Below are positions 17,751-27,696 of a DNA stretch of 58,232 bases, piece by piece. The first letter of the stretch is position 1. Each line of letters opens with the position of its first letter. The position numbers and the translations under genes were made by a program. Source of the DNA: Clostridiales bacterium (lineage in GTDB: Bacteria; Bacillota; Clostridia; Christensenellales; UBA1750); contig SVHB01000005.1 of the NCBI GenBank assembly GCA_015056005.1, positions 1-58,232 of the forward strand, given 5' to 3'. A model generated the notes under the pieces. The model had not been told where the DNA came from, searched no databases, and was given only the letters and a program-made list of their open reading frames with translations.

Positions 17751-18989
17751 TTATTCCGCGTCGATATAAGCCTGCTGATCTTCGGTCAATATATCGAGCC
17801 CCAGACCCATCGCGCCTATTTTGAGCATCGCAACTTCCCTGTCGATCTGATCGGGCACATCGTAAAGGTCGGGCTTCATGCTCTTTGCATTCTTTACCAT
17901 ATAGAGCGCGGAGAGCGACTGCAGACCAAAGCTCATATCCATGATATCGGCGGGATGACCGTTGCCGGCGGTGATGTTTACCAGCCTGCCCTCGCTCATG
18001 AGGTTCAGCACCCTGCCGTCCTTCATATAGTAACCGTCGATGAAATCCTTGCGGTTTACGACCTTTTCGGAAAGCTCTTTTAAGTCGACCTTGTTGATCT
18101 CAACATCAAAATGACCCGCGTTTGCCATTATGGCGCCGTCCTTCATCGCTTCAAAATGCCTTTTTACGATAACATCCTTGCAGCCTGTAACGGTTACAAA
18201 AATATCACCTATGGGAGCGGCGTCGTCCATCTTCATGACCCTGAAACCGTCCATAGCGGCTTCAAGTGCTCTGTAGGGATTGATTTCGGTCACTATGACG
18301 TTTGCGCCCATGCCCTTGCCGCGCATGGCAACGCCCTTGCCGCACCAGCCGTAGCCGGCTACGACCAAGGTTTTGCCTGCAACCACAACATTGGTGGCGT
18401 TGAAAATACCGTCCCATACGGACTGGCCCGTGCCGTAACGGTTATCAAAGAGATATTTGCAGTTTGCATCGTTTACTGCAAGCATGGGGAATTTAAGATC
18501 GCCCGCCTTTGCCCTTGCCTTTAGCCTGTGGATACCCGTGGTGGTCTCCTCGCAGCCGCCCCATACTTCTTCGCCGTACTGCTCACACTCGCCGTGCAGA
18601 AGCTTTACAAGGTCGCCGCCGTCGTCAATGATGATATTGGGTCTGCCTTCAAGAGCCTTCTTAAGATGATAGGTGTATTCCTCTTCGTTTACGCCATGGA
18701 TGGCAAAAACATCAAGGCCGAGATGATCAAGCGCCGCTGCGATATCGTCTCTGGTGGAAAGAGGGTTGCAGCCGGTAGCAAAAACGGTAGCGCCGCCTGC
18801 TTTGAGCACGGTTGCAAGGTACGCGGTCTTTGCTTCAAGGTGGATGCTCATCGCGATCTTCACGCCTTCAAAAGGTCTTTCCTTTTTGAATCTTTCCTCA
18901 AGAGCGCGCATGACTGGCATATAGGAACGGACCCATTCTATCTTTTTAAGCCCTTCGTTATAAAGGGACTTATCCTTAATAATACTCAT
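17751..18989 (-). CDS. ahcY: Adenosylhomocysteinase
   Basis: HLEAKTA, CNPLST, DDGGD, EETTTG, KYLFDNRYGTGQS, GYGWCGKG and GHFD. Confidence 0.96.
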   Translation of the reverse strand: MSIIKDKSLYNEGLKKIEWVRSYMPVMRALEERFKKERPFEGVKIAMSIHLEAKTAYLATVLKAGGATVFATGCNPLSTRDDIAAALDHLGLDVFAIHGVNEEEYTYHLKKALEGRPNIIIDDGGDLVKLLHGECEQYGEEVWGGCEETTTGIHRLKARAKAGDLKFPMLAVNDANCKYLFDNRYGTGQSVWDGIFNATNVVVAGKTLVVAGYGWCGKGVAMRGKGMGANVIVTEINPYRALEAAMDGFRVMKMDDAAPIGDIFVTVTGCKDVIVKRHFEAMKDGAIMANAGHFDVEINKVDLKELSEKVVNRKDFIDGYYMKDGRVLNLMSEGRLVNITAGNGHPADIMDMSFGLQSLSALYMVKNAKSMKPDLYDVPDQIDREVAMLKIGAMGLGLDILTEDQQAYIDAE

Positions 18990-19101
18990 AGCTTAATACC
19001 TCCAAAGCAAAGAATAACATAAAAACGCCCGCTTTGCAACGATTGTAAACCATTGTCATATATGATAAAATATCAAAAACGAACATACGGAGAATTGACA
19101 T

Positions 19102-19857
19102 ATGAAACTTATATCATGGAATGTAAACGGTCTGAGAGCCTGCGTGGGAAAAGGCTTTCTGGATTTCTTTGGCTCAATAGATGCGGACATATTCTCAATA
19201 CAGGAGACCAAGCTGCAGGAGGGGCAGATATCCCTTGACCTGCCCGGATATCACCAGTATTGGAACAGCGCTGTCAAAAAGGGCTACTCCGGCACAGCGA
19301 TATTCACCAGGATCGAGCCCATTTCGGTTTCCTACGATATGGGAATAGAGGAACACGATACCGAAGGTCGTATCATCTGCCTTGAATTTGAAAAGTTTTA
19401 TCTCGTTTGCGTCTATGTTCCCAACGCACAAAGAGGGCTCACCCGCCTTGACTACAGGATGAAATGGGAGGACGATTTCAGGAATTATCTTGGCGCTCTA
19501 AGTGAAAAGAAGAGCGTTATCGTCTGCGGAGACTTAAACGTAGCCCATAAGGAGATCGACCTGAAAAACCCAAAATCCAACAGAAACAACGCCGGCTTTA
19601 CAGATGAGGAACGAGACAAGTTCACACAGCTTTTAGCCAGCGGCTTTACAGACAGCTTCAGACATCTTTATCCCGATGCGACCGGCGCATACACATGGTG
19701 GAGCTATATGTACAACGCAAGAGCCAACAACGCGGGGTGGCGTATAGACTACTTCCTTGTCTCAAACGACGCTTCAAAGAACATAACCGATGCAAAAATA
19801 CATCCCGATATCATGGGCAGCGACCATTGCCCCGTGGAACTTGATATGTCGTTTTAA
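19102..19857 (+). CDS. xth: Exodeoxyribonuclease III / AP endonuclease
   Basis: SWNVNGLRA, QETK, GDLNVAH, GWRIDY and SDHCP. Confidence 0.96.
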   Translation: MKLISWNVNGLRACVGKGFLDFFGSIDADIFSIQETKLQEGQISLDLPGYHQYWNSAVKKGYSGTAIFTRIEPISVSYDMGIEEHDTEGRIICLEFEKFYLVCVYVPNAQRGLTRLDYRMKWEDDFRNYLGALSEKKSVIVCGDLNVAHKEIDLKNPKSNRNNAGFTDEERDKFTQLLASGFTDSFRHLYPDATGAYTWWSYMYNARANNAGWRIDYFLVSNDASKNITDAKIHPDIMGSDHCPVELDMSF

Positions 19858-19919
19858 GCGTTTCTTTCATATATTGTATTGCGGAGATTTCCGCAGCGAT
19901 ATATGAAGGGATGATATTT

Positions 19920-20078
19920 ATGGCATGCGGCTGCAATCGTAGGCACTATATAAACTCATGCTATTCCTCCATCTGCCCCGGCGGCTGCCTGAGGTATGTG
20001 GGCGGAAGGTATGTCTGCTCGTGCATCAGCCCTTATTCCTATCAGGCTCAGGAACCTTATTGCCCCTATAACAACTGA
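19920..20078 (+). CDS. Cys/Tyr-rich 52-aa small protein not in the ORF track
   Basis: GAAGGGA RBS; ORF fills the gap between xth and a terminator; 8 Cys and 8 Tyr. Confidence 0.6.
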   Translation: MACGCNRRHYINSCYSSICPGGCLRYVGGRYVCSCISPYSYQAQEPYCPYNN

Positions 20079-20080
20079 AA

Positions 20081-20100
20081 AAGGCGGTTTTTACCGCCTT
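20081..20100. terminator. Bidirectional terminator
   Basis: AAGGCGGT-N4-ACCGCCTT with A and T runs on either side. Confidence 0.7.
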
Positions 20101-20784
20101 TTATTTATTTATACAGCTTTCAAGCGCGCTTCTGCCCTTATCATACGGAGATGATACCTCCCAAAGCAGAGCGTTATAAAAATCGACCGCCGCTTTTTGT
20201 CGGGATATCGCGATCTCCTTGCCCCTAAAAGTAAAGAACTTTGAATAAAGTCTTTCCAGCTTGTACTTATATTCCTGCAAAAATGAAAAATCACACTCGC
20301 TGTCGCTTCCGTCACAAACCGACCCGTCTTCGTTCATCGTGTAAATCGGCTCGTTTACCTGACCTTTATAAACGAGCGTTCTTGCGATACCCAGCGCGCC
20401 CGCGACATCGACCTTATCGGAATCAAAAAGTATTTTGGCCTCGATCGACTTTGGCGGAGCATCCTTTCTGAAGCGATGCGATCTTATGCACTCGCTCACG
20501 CGCTCAGCAAATTCAACATCAAATCCGTTTCGAAGAAGGAATCCCTTTGCCTTTTCAGCTCCCACCTGCGCATGGCAGAGCTTCGGATTTTCAAATTGCT
20601 CTTTTCTTCCCACATCGTGCAGAAGGCAAGCGGTTATGAGTACATCCATATCAACATCTTCTTCTGTTTTCGCAATATCCAGAGCTGTATACAACACACG
20701 GTAAATATGTTCCTTGTCATGTGCGGCATCATCCATTGATGAGAGCATATACTCTTCGATCAGATCATACGTCTCTTTGTTCAT
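20101..20784 (-). CDS. HD-domain phosphohydrolase
   Basis: AHD.EH..RV, LLHDVGR, HA, SHRF and DSDKVD. Confidence 0.9.
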   Translation of the reverse strand: MNKETYDLIEEYMLSSMDDAAHDKEHIYRVLYTALDIAKTEEDVDMDVLITACLLHDVGRKEQFENPKLCHAQVGAEKAKGFLLRNGFDVEFAERVSECIRSHRFRKDAPPKSIEAKILFDSDKVDVAGALGIARTLVYKGQVNEPIYTMNEDGSVCDGSDSECDFSFLQEYKYKLERLYSKFFTFRGKEIAISRQKAAVDFYNALLWEVSSPYDKGRSALESCINK

Positions 20785-20792
20785 ATCTGTAT

Positions 20793-21011
20793 TTACCTTT
20801 CCGAATAATCAACAATTACCTTTTTGCAGTTCTCACAAATAAACGCAGGTGCCTGAGGATTCCAGAAATTGCTTTTTGAAAGAAGTGTATCATTGATTCC
20901 CGGATTCAGCCAAGCCCTGTGCTTTTTGCGGGCAAAGAAAAATAATCTTGCGCTCTGTACATATCCCGCTTCCATTTCTCTTCCGCAGAACGGACAATTC
21001 ATATACTTCAC
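20793..21011 (-). CDS. Small zinc-ribbon hypothetical protein
   Basis: CPFCGREMEAG at the start and CENCKKVIVDY at the end. Confidence 0.75.
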   Translation of the reverse strand: MKYMNCPFCGREMEAGYVQSARLFFFARKKHRAWLNPGINDTLLSKSNFWNPQAPAFICENCKKVIVDYSER

Positions 21012-21122
21012 CCCATATAAAACGATATCCTTTTACAGAATATTACCACAAAAATGCATTCTTGTGAATTGGACAAAGGTAATGTATAATGGTTCATATA
21101 TCGTTTTGAAAGGAGCTTTTTT

Positions 21123-22571
21123 ATGAGCGTTTTACATAATTGCGAGCCCAAAAAGGTTTTCGAGTTTTTTGAGCTGCTCTCATCTGTTCCCCATGGTTCG
21201 GGCAACACCAAGCAGATCTCCGATCTTTGCGTGAAGTTTGCTTTGGAGCGCGGTCTTGAGGTGCATCAGGACGAAACAAACAACGTCATCATCGTAAAGA
21301 GCGCTTCAAGCGGCTACGAGGACGCCGACCCCATCATCCTTCAGGGGCATCTGGATATGGTATGCGCAAGCATCGAAAACTGCCCTGTTGACCTTACAAA
21401 GCAGGGCCCTCAGCTTGCAGTGGACGGCGATTGGGTACACGCCGTCGGCACCTCCCTCGGCGGCGATAACGGCATCGCCGTTGCCATGATAATGGCGATT
21501 CTTGACGACAACACCCTTTCCCACCCAAGGCTTGAAGCCGTGTTCACAGTCGATGAAGAAACGGGCATGGACGGCGCACAGGCGCTTGATATGTCTTTGC
21601 TCAAGGGCAGAAAGCTGATAAACCTTGATTCCGAGGACGAAGGCGTGATAACCGCGGGCTGCGCAGGCGGCGTCAGGGTAAACTGCACACTGCCGGCAAA
21701 GAGAGAGACTATACCCGAAGGCTTCCAATTGGCAAAGCTTGAAATATCCGGTCTTTCCGGCGGTCACAGCGGCGTTGATATCGATAAGGGCAGAGCAAGC
21801 TCCAACAAGCTCATGGCGCGCTTTTTGAATGCCTGTGCAAACAAATTCGATATCCGCATAGTCTCCCTTGACGGCGGCACGCTGGATAACGTTATCGCCT
21901 CAAACACCGTGTGCACTCTTGCAGCAAGCAAAGCCGATATGGACGGCATCAAAGCTCTTTCGGAAAAATACGACGCAATATACAAAAACGAGTATTCCAC
22001 AGGCGATCCCGGCGTCTGCCTCACCTTTACGCAAACTTACGGCGATGACCTTTGCGTGATAAAGCAGGACAGCTTAAACATTATTTACGTACTCATGAAC
22101 ACTCCCTTCGGCGTACAGCACATGAGCATGGATATCCCCGGTCTTGTTCAGACCTCTCTCAACTTAGGACCGCTGCATCTGAAAGAGCAGCTGGAGTTCA
22201 GCTTCTCACTGCGCTCCTCCATACTCTCCCAGAAGGAATACATGGTAGAGCAGCTTGAGAGCATCATAAAAAACGCCGGCGGCAGCATTTCCACCCATAA
22301 CAGCTATCCCGGCTGGGAGTTCAACAAAAACTCCGAGCTTCGTCAGCTTATCATCAACACCTACAAGGAAATGACCGGCGAAGATATGATAGTTACCGCC
22401 ATCCACGGCGGGCTCGAATGCGGTCTGTTCATCGACAAAACGCCCGGGCTTGACTGCGTATCGCTTGGTCCCAACATGCGCGATGTTCATTCCGTGCGCG
22501 AACGCCTGAGCATATCCTCGACCGCAAGACTGTATGAGCTTATGATCAAAGTTTTAAGCGATGCAAAGTAA
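21123..22571 (+). CDS. pepD: Aminoacyl-histidine dipeptidase (M20C)
   Basis: LQGHLDMV, LGGDNG, DEETGM, NLDSE, GGHSG, HGGLECG and VHS. Confidence 0.93.
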   Translation: MSVLHNCEPKKVFEFFELLSSVPHGSGNTKQISDLCVKFALERGLEVHQDETNNVIIVKSASSGYEDADPIILQGHLDMVCASIENCPVDLTKQGPQLAVDGDWVHAVGTSLGGDNGIAVAMIMAILDDNTLSHPRLEAVFTVDEETGMDGAQALDMSLLKGRKLINLDSEDEGVITAGCAGGVRVNCTLPAKRETIPEGFQLAKLEISGLSGGHSGVDIDKGRASSNKLMARFLNACANKFDIRIVSLDGGTLDNVIASNTVCTLAASKADMDGIKALSEKYDAIYKNEYSTGDPGVCLTFTQTYGDDLCVIKQDSLNIIYVLMNTPFGVQHMSMDIPGLVQTSLNLGPLHLKEQLEFSFSLRSSILSQKEYMVEQLESIIKNAGGSISTHNSYPGWEFNKNSELRQLIINTYKEMTGEDMIVTAIHGGLECGLFIDKTPGLDCVSLGPNMRDVHSVRERLSISSTARLYELMIKVLSDAK

Positions 22572-22675
22572 ATAGATGTACAAATCCCGCAGAGCAAATA
22601 TTTCCTGCGGGATTTTCCTTGCATCAAAAGCACAAAAGCATATGAGTCAAACGAGCATAACCTACCTGTTTTTCG

Positions 22676-22755
22676 AAAAAAAAAGCAAGGGACTACGCAT
22701 AAGCGCAGCCCCTTCGCAGTGCAGCGGAACATATGATCAGCGAATATGTACCGCC
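22676..22755 (-). ncRNA. Candidate ~80-nt small RNA with two hairpins, its own promoter and a terminator
   Basis: Minus strand: TTGATT-16-TATAAT, 5' hairpin, 12-bp terminator stem with two G-U pairs, then U9. Confidence 0.5.
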
Positions 22756-22917
22756 AATCTCATTATAATATATATGTAGAAAAAATCAACTACCTTTTGC
22801 AAAAAAATCATGCCAATATTGCTGATTTTCACAAAAAATCACATTTTTCCATATTTTCGTACAAAAAAATTACTGTACAAAGCGCGAAAAAACGCGATTT
22901 AAGGCTATGCTTAAAGC

Positions 22918-23805
22918 TTAGTCCTCACGCTTTGCGCCCCAGAAGAAAAGGGCAACGGTCCCCGGACCGGTATGGCTTCCGATGGTGGTGCCAATGGAAT
23001 TTATGACGACCCTGCCGCTGAGCTTGGGGAATTTTGCTTCAACAAGATCAGCTACAGCCCTTGCATCCTCGTAACAGTCGGACTGAGAGATATAGCATTT
23101 GCCGCTGTAGGAAGTTCCATTATCCGCAAACGCTTCCATCCTTGAAACGATCTCCTTTATGACCTTTGCCTTGCCGCGGATCTTGTTTCTGGGGATGAGC
23201 TTGCCGTCAGCGTCCATATTGAGAAGAGGACAGATATTGAATATGCCGCCGAAAAGACCCGCAGCCTTGGATATCCTGCCGCCCTTCACATAGAAGGAAA
23301 GGTCGGTGGAGAAGAACCAGTGATGGAGCCTGAGCTTATTATCCTCAGCCCATCTGAAAAGCTCTTCAATACCCATGCCGGAATCCTTGAGGTCAGCAAG
23401 GCGATCCATGAAAAGGCCGAAGCCGGAGGAGGCGGCGAGGGAATCGACCACATATACCTTTCTTTCCGGATACTGCTCCATAGCGATGGCAGCAGCGTTC
23501 TTTGCAGAATTAAAGGAGCCCGATATACCGGAAGAAAGGGAGATGTGCAGAACATCCCTGCCCTCTTTCAGAAAGCCGGTGAAATAATTGAGGTATTCGG
23601 AAATGTTTACCTGAGATGTTTTGGGCTCTGCGCCGTTTTTCAGTCTTGCATAGAATTCTTCAAACGTCATGGTCTGGCCAAGGTCATCGGTGTATTCTTC
23701 GTCATCAAGGCTGTAATGGAAGCAGATATAGTCAATGCCGCGCTTTTCAAAATGTTCCTTGGAAAGATCGGCGGTCGAGCAGCAGCTGAGTACGAAATCG
23801 GTCAT
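22918..23805 (-). CDS. DegV-family fatty-acid-binding protein
   Basis: PKTSQ, LSSGISGS, VDS, GGRIS and HTGPG; start at ATG 23805 behind GGGAGG. Confidence 0.93.
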   Translation of the reverse strand: MTDFVLSCCSTADLSKEHFEKRGIDYICFHYSLDDEEYTDDLGQTMTFEEFYARLKNGAEPKTSQVNISEYLNYFTGFLKEGRDVLHISLSSGISGSFNSAKNAAAIAMEQYPERKVYVVDSLAASSGFGLFMDRLADLKDSGMGIEELFRWAEDNKLRLHHWFFSTDLSFYVKGGRISKAAGLFGGIFNICPLLNMDADGKLIPRNKIRGKAKVIKEIVSRMEAFADNGTSYSGKCYISQSDCYEDARAVADLVEAKFPKLSGRVVINSIGTTIGSHTGPGTVALFFWGAKRED

Positions 23806-23904
23806 AGTGTTTACCTCCCATGTTTGCACATTTGTGCCGTTCATGATTGTAATTTATATTAGACCGATTTACAAGAAACGATGCACAAAATCATCTCTAC
23901 AAAT

Positions 23905-23955
23905 AAAAAACGGGCGGTAGAATCGTATCCACTGTGATTCTACCGCCCGTTTTTT
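23905..23955. terminator. Long 20-bp inverted repeat, probable terminator
   Basis: AAAAAACGGGCGGTAGAATC-N11-GATTCTACCGCCCGTTTTTT. Confidence 0.75.
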
Positions 23956-23973
23956 GCTTATTTCAAAGCTTTT

Positions 23974-24561
23974 TTATTTTTTCATTCTGCGCTTTACGTT
24001 AAAGCCCAATACTACAAGTATTTCTGCGGGAACAAGCACAAAAAGCAGCTGCCACGGGTCATATGCCCTTAGAAAATAATATATCAGAAGGAAAATCCCC
24101 AGCACCAGTGCGCAGGTTATAAACATATTGTACCTGCCCTTATGCCAGATCGAGTTGAGCACAAGAAGAGTTATCAGCGATATCGGTACAGCCAGCATAA
24201 ACATCCAGAACTCAATAGAGCCCATTATCCAGAATATCACAAACACCAAAAGCGCCAGGGTCCACACCCCGAGCAAGCTTATGGCGATGATGACATTTTC
24301 GTTGAACGGGCGCGACGATCCGTTTATCGGCTCAGGTTCCCACGCGCTGTGAGCAGACAGCATATAGTCAACGCTCACGCCCATGATCTCAGCAATGCTT
24401 TTTATCACACCCGCATCCGGCAGGGATTCTGCGCGTTCCCATTTGGATACTGCCTTATCCGAATAGTTCAAAAGCGCGCCAAGCTCGGCCTGAGTCATGC
24501 CCCTGCCCGTCCTGAGCTCTATCAGATTTCCCGCAAAAACGACCTTCAGGTCTTCCATCAA
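23974..24561 (-). CDS. XRE-family HTH protein with C-terminal membrane helices
   Basis: MTQAELG..LNYSDKAVSKWE followed by about four hydrophobic segments. Confidence 0.88.
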   Translation of the reverse strand: MMEDLKVVFAGNLIELRTGRGMTQAELGALLNYSDKAVSKWERAESLPDAGVIKSIAEIMGVSVDYMLSAHSAWEPEPINGSSRPFNENVIIAISLLGVWTLALLVFVIFWIMGSIEFWMFMLAVPISLITLLVLNSIWHKGRYNMFITCALVLGIFLLIYYFLRAYDPWQLLFVLVPAEILVVLGFNVKRRMKK

Positions 24562-24765
24562 AACCTCCGAAAATTACATCGTTATACACTTTATTTTACC
24601 ATATCCGCCGCTTTGCCGCAATTATGTTTTGTTCACAAAATATGCATAAAAAACTTATGCTATCGTTTTAACTATTTGCTTGTAATGGAATTGGAATTAT
24701 GTTAGTATAACATTGTTAAATTATAATATAAGACGTAGAATTCATATAAATGGAGTAGATGTATT

Positions 24766-26424
24766 TTGAGTAAATACGCTATCGGTATCGATTTTGGTAC
24801 GCTCTCGGCAAGAGCGCTGGTGGTCGATGTAAGTGACGGCACAGAGCTTTATTCCGCTGTGAGCGAATACGAGCATGCCGTGATCGACGAATACCTGCCC
24901 ACAGGCAGAAAACTGCCTCCGGACTGGGCGCTTCAGCACCCAAGGGATTACCTTATATCCATGAAAGAAGCGATAAAGGGTGCGATCGAAGGTTCCGGGG
25001 TTGACCCGAAGGATATTATCGCAGCGGGTGTAGACTTTACCTCCAGCACGCTCATACCCGTGCTCAGGGACGGCACTCCCCTTTGCTTTCTTCCCGAATA
25101 CGAAAACGAACCCCTTGCATACGCTACACTTTGGAAGCATCACGGCGCTCAGAAATATGCAAGCCTTATGACAGAGCATGCAATGGTTCGCGGCGACGAA
25201 TTCCTTTTAAGATACGGCGGAAAGATATCCTCCGAATGGTCGATGCCGAAGATCTGGCAGGTGCTTGAGGAGGCTCCCGAGATTTATGCAAAATGCAATC
25301 GCTTTGCAGAGGCGGGCGATTGGATAGTGCTTCAGCTCACCGGCAACATCACCCACAACGCATGTATGGCCGGTTACAAGTATTTCTGGAGCAAGCGCGA
25401 CGGGTATCCTGAAAACGAGTTTTATACTCAGCTTGATGAGCGGCTTGACCTTGTTATGGAAAGAAAAGTCGGCGGGGATATCAGCCCGCTGGGCAGCCTT
25501 GCGGGCTATGTAACCGAATATGCCGCAAAAGAATACGGCTTGCCCGAAGGTATAGCTGTCTGCGTTTCCAATATCGATGCGCATGCTTCCGTTCCCGCAG
25601 CTGGCGTACTGGAAGACGGGCTTATGGTAATGATCATGGGCACAAGTACCGGTCATCTGCTTTTGAGCAAAAAGGACGCCTTTATCCCCGGCGTATGCGG
25701 CTGTGTCGACGGCGGCATAATCCCCGGCTTCAATTCGTACGAAGCAGGGCAATCCTGCGTGGGCGATCATTTTGACTGGTTCGTGCACAACTGCGTTCCC
25801 GAAAGCTACGAGATCGAAGCAAGGGAAAAGGGCGTCAATCTGCATGAGCTTCTGACCCAAAAAGCAGAAAAGCAGCGCCCCGGCGAAAGCGGGCTGCTCG
25901 CGCTCGACTGGTGGAACGGCAACCGCTCGGTTCTGGTAGACGCAGATCTTACAGGGCTTATGCTGGGCATGACCCTTCAGACCAAGCCAGAGGACATATA
26001 CCGCGCGCTGATTGAAGCCACCGCATACGGCACAAGGAAGATTATCGAAAATTATGAAGAGCACGGCGCAAAGGTCAGTACCATCATCGCAAGCGGCGGC
26101 GTTGCCAAAAAGAACCCGATGCTGATGCAGATATACGCCGATGTATGCCAAAGAGAGATAAAGATCGTCAAAACAAATCAGGCTCCCGCGCTGGGCTCCG
26201 CGATATACGCTTGCGTTGCCGCAGGCAAGGAAAGAGGCGGCTACGACGATATATATGAAGCCGTTTTGAAGATGGGCGGAGTAAACTCCACCGTTTACCG
26301 ACCCGATCTTGAAAACTCAAGGATCTATGACGAGCTTTACAAGCAGTACGTTATCCTGCACGACCTTTTCGGGCGCGGCGCGAACGATGTTATGAAAGTA
26401 CTCAAGGGTATAAAGGCCCGCTGA
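24766..26424 (+). CDS. araB: Ribulokinase (FGGY family)
   Basis: IGIDFGTLSARA, LWKHHGAQ, YGGKISSEW and LDWWNGNRS. Confidence 0.93.
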   Translation: MSKYAIGIDFGTLSARALVVDVSDGTELYSAVSEYEHAVIDEYLPTGRKLPPDWALQHPRDYLISMKEAIKGAIEGSGVDPKDIIAAGVDFTSSTLIPVLRDGTPLCFLPEYENEPLAYATLWKHHGAQKYASLMTEHAMVRGDEFLLRYGGKISSEWSMPKIWQVLEEAPEIYAKCNRFAEAGDWIVLQLTGNITHNACMAGYKYFWSKRDGYPENEFYTQLDERLDLVMERKVGGDISPLGSLAGYVTEYAAKEYGLPEGIAVCVSNIDAHASVPAAGVLEDGLMVMIMGTSTGHLLLSKKDAFIPGVCGCVDGGIIPGFNSYEAGQSCVGDHFDWFVHNCVPESYEIEAREKGVNLHELLTQKAEKQRPGESGLLALDWWNGNRSVLVDADLTGLMLGMTLQTKPEDIYRALIEATAYGTRKIIENYEEHGAKVSTIIASGGVAKKNPMLMQIYADVCQREIKIVKTNQAPALGSAIYACVAAGKERGGYDDIYEAVLKMGGVNSTVYRPDLENSRIYDELYKQYVILHDLFGRGANDVMKVLKGIKAR

Positions 26425-26451
26425 CCAATATAAAGAAAGGACAGACCCAAT

Positions 26452-27675
26452 ATGAGCATCCTGAAAAAAACAATCGCGATCGTTCTTCTTGCCGCAATGG
26501 CGGTTTCCATGAGCGGCTGCTTCCTGCTTCCCAGCGAAGAGGAGCTTCTGGCTCCCCCGCTCGTTGAGCCCGAGAAGGTCGAATATGTGACCCAGAGCGT
26601 CGAAAAGGGCGATATCAGCTCCTCCATCTCCGGTACGGCGTATTTCGTATCCAGCCAGCTTTCAAATGTATATTTCACCACCACCGGCGGAAGGATCGCC
26701 AAGATCAACTACCGCTCCGGTTCCAAGGTAAATGCAGGCGATATACTCATGGAGCTTGACAGCGAAAGCGTTATTAACTCCATCCGTGATCAGAAGCTCA
26801 GCCTTGAAAAGGCAAAAAACGCTTATACGTCCGCAAAGGAAGCCTATGAGAGCGGTTCTGCCGCACGCTCGGCCGAGATCGATATAATCACCGCGAAAAT
26901 TCAGCTCGACGATCTGAAGGCGGCTTATTTTGCCGCGCAGGACGCCGTTTCAATAAATCCCAGCAACGAGGATCTCAAAAAGAAGCTCGACGATGCGGGC
27001 ATTGCGGTTTATGAGCAGGAGCTCAGGATCGAAAAGCTCGAGATCGCTTATCAAAACGCACTTTCATCCGCAGAAAAGAATTACGAAAACGCAAAGATCG
27101 ATTATCAGACCGCTCAGAACAGACTTGATGATCTTGAGCTTGCCTATGAGCGCACCGTGCTTCGCGCTCCCGTTTCCGGCACCATCACCTATGCCAAAAA
27201 GGTTGATATCGGTCAGAATGTTTCCACCTATGAGACCCTTTACACCATCTCCGATCCCGCAAACCTTACCCTTGGCATGGATGGCGAAAAATGCCGCGAA
27301 TATCCCGTAGGACTTGAAGTCGAGATCACCTACGACAAAAAGCAGTACAAAGGCATCGTTACCACCAACCCCTCCACCAATCCCAGGGATGAGAACGGCG
27401 AAGAGCAGGTCTACACCCAGTTCGAGATCTTCGATTTTGATTTCACCACCGCCGCTCAGGGCGATTCCGTGCAGATCAAAGCCGTGCTCGATTCAAGGAA
27501 AGACGTCATCGTTATCCCCCGTTCCTGCGTAAACGCCTACCTTGGCAGGAAATATGTAAATATATTGGTTGACGGCGTGAAGGTAGAAAAGGATATAGAG
27601 GTCGGTCTTGAAGGCAACACCCATGTTGAGGTGCTCGAAGGTCTTGAAGTCGGCGATCTGCTCATCATCCAGTAG
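26452..27675 (+). CDS. Membrane-fusion (HlyD-like) adaptor lipoprotein of an ABC exporter
   Basis: Lipobox MSGC, split lipoyl-like halves around a coiled coil (LRAPVSG), and C-terminal GLE.GD. Confidence 0.85.
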   Translation: MSILKKTIAIVLLAAMAVSMSGCFLLPSEEELLAPPLVEPEKVEYVTQSVEKGDISSSISGTAYFVSSQLSNVYFTTTGGRIAKINYRSGSKVNAGDILMELDSESVINSIRDQKLSLEKAKNAYTSAKEAYESGSAARSAEIDIITAKIQLDDLKAAYFAAQDAVSINPSNEDLKKKLDDAGIAVYEQELRIEKLEIAYQNALSSAEKNYENAKIDYQTAQNRLDDLELAYERTVLRAPVSGTITYAKKVDIGQNVSTYETLYTISDPANLTLGMDGEKCREYPVGLEVEITYDKKQYKGIVTTNPSTNPRDENGEEQVYTQFEIFDFDFTTAAQGDSVQIKAVLDSRKDVIVIPRSCVNAYLGRKYVNILVDGVKVEKDIEVGLEGNTHVEVLEGLEVGDLLIIQ

Positions 27676-27696
27676 TCCCAAAGGAGGCAGCATTCA

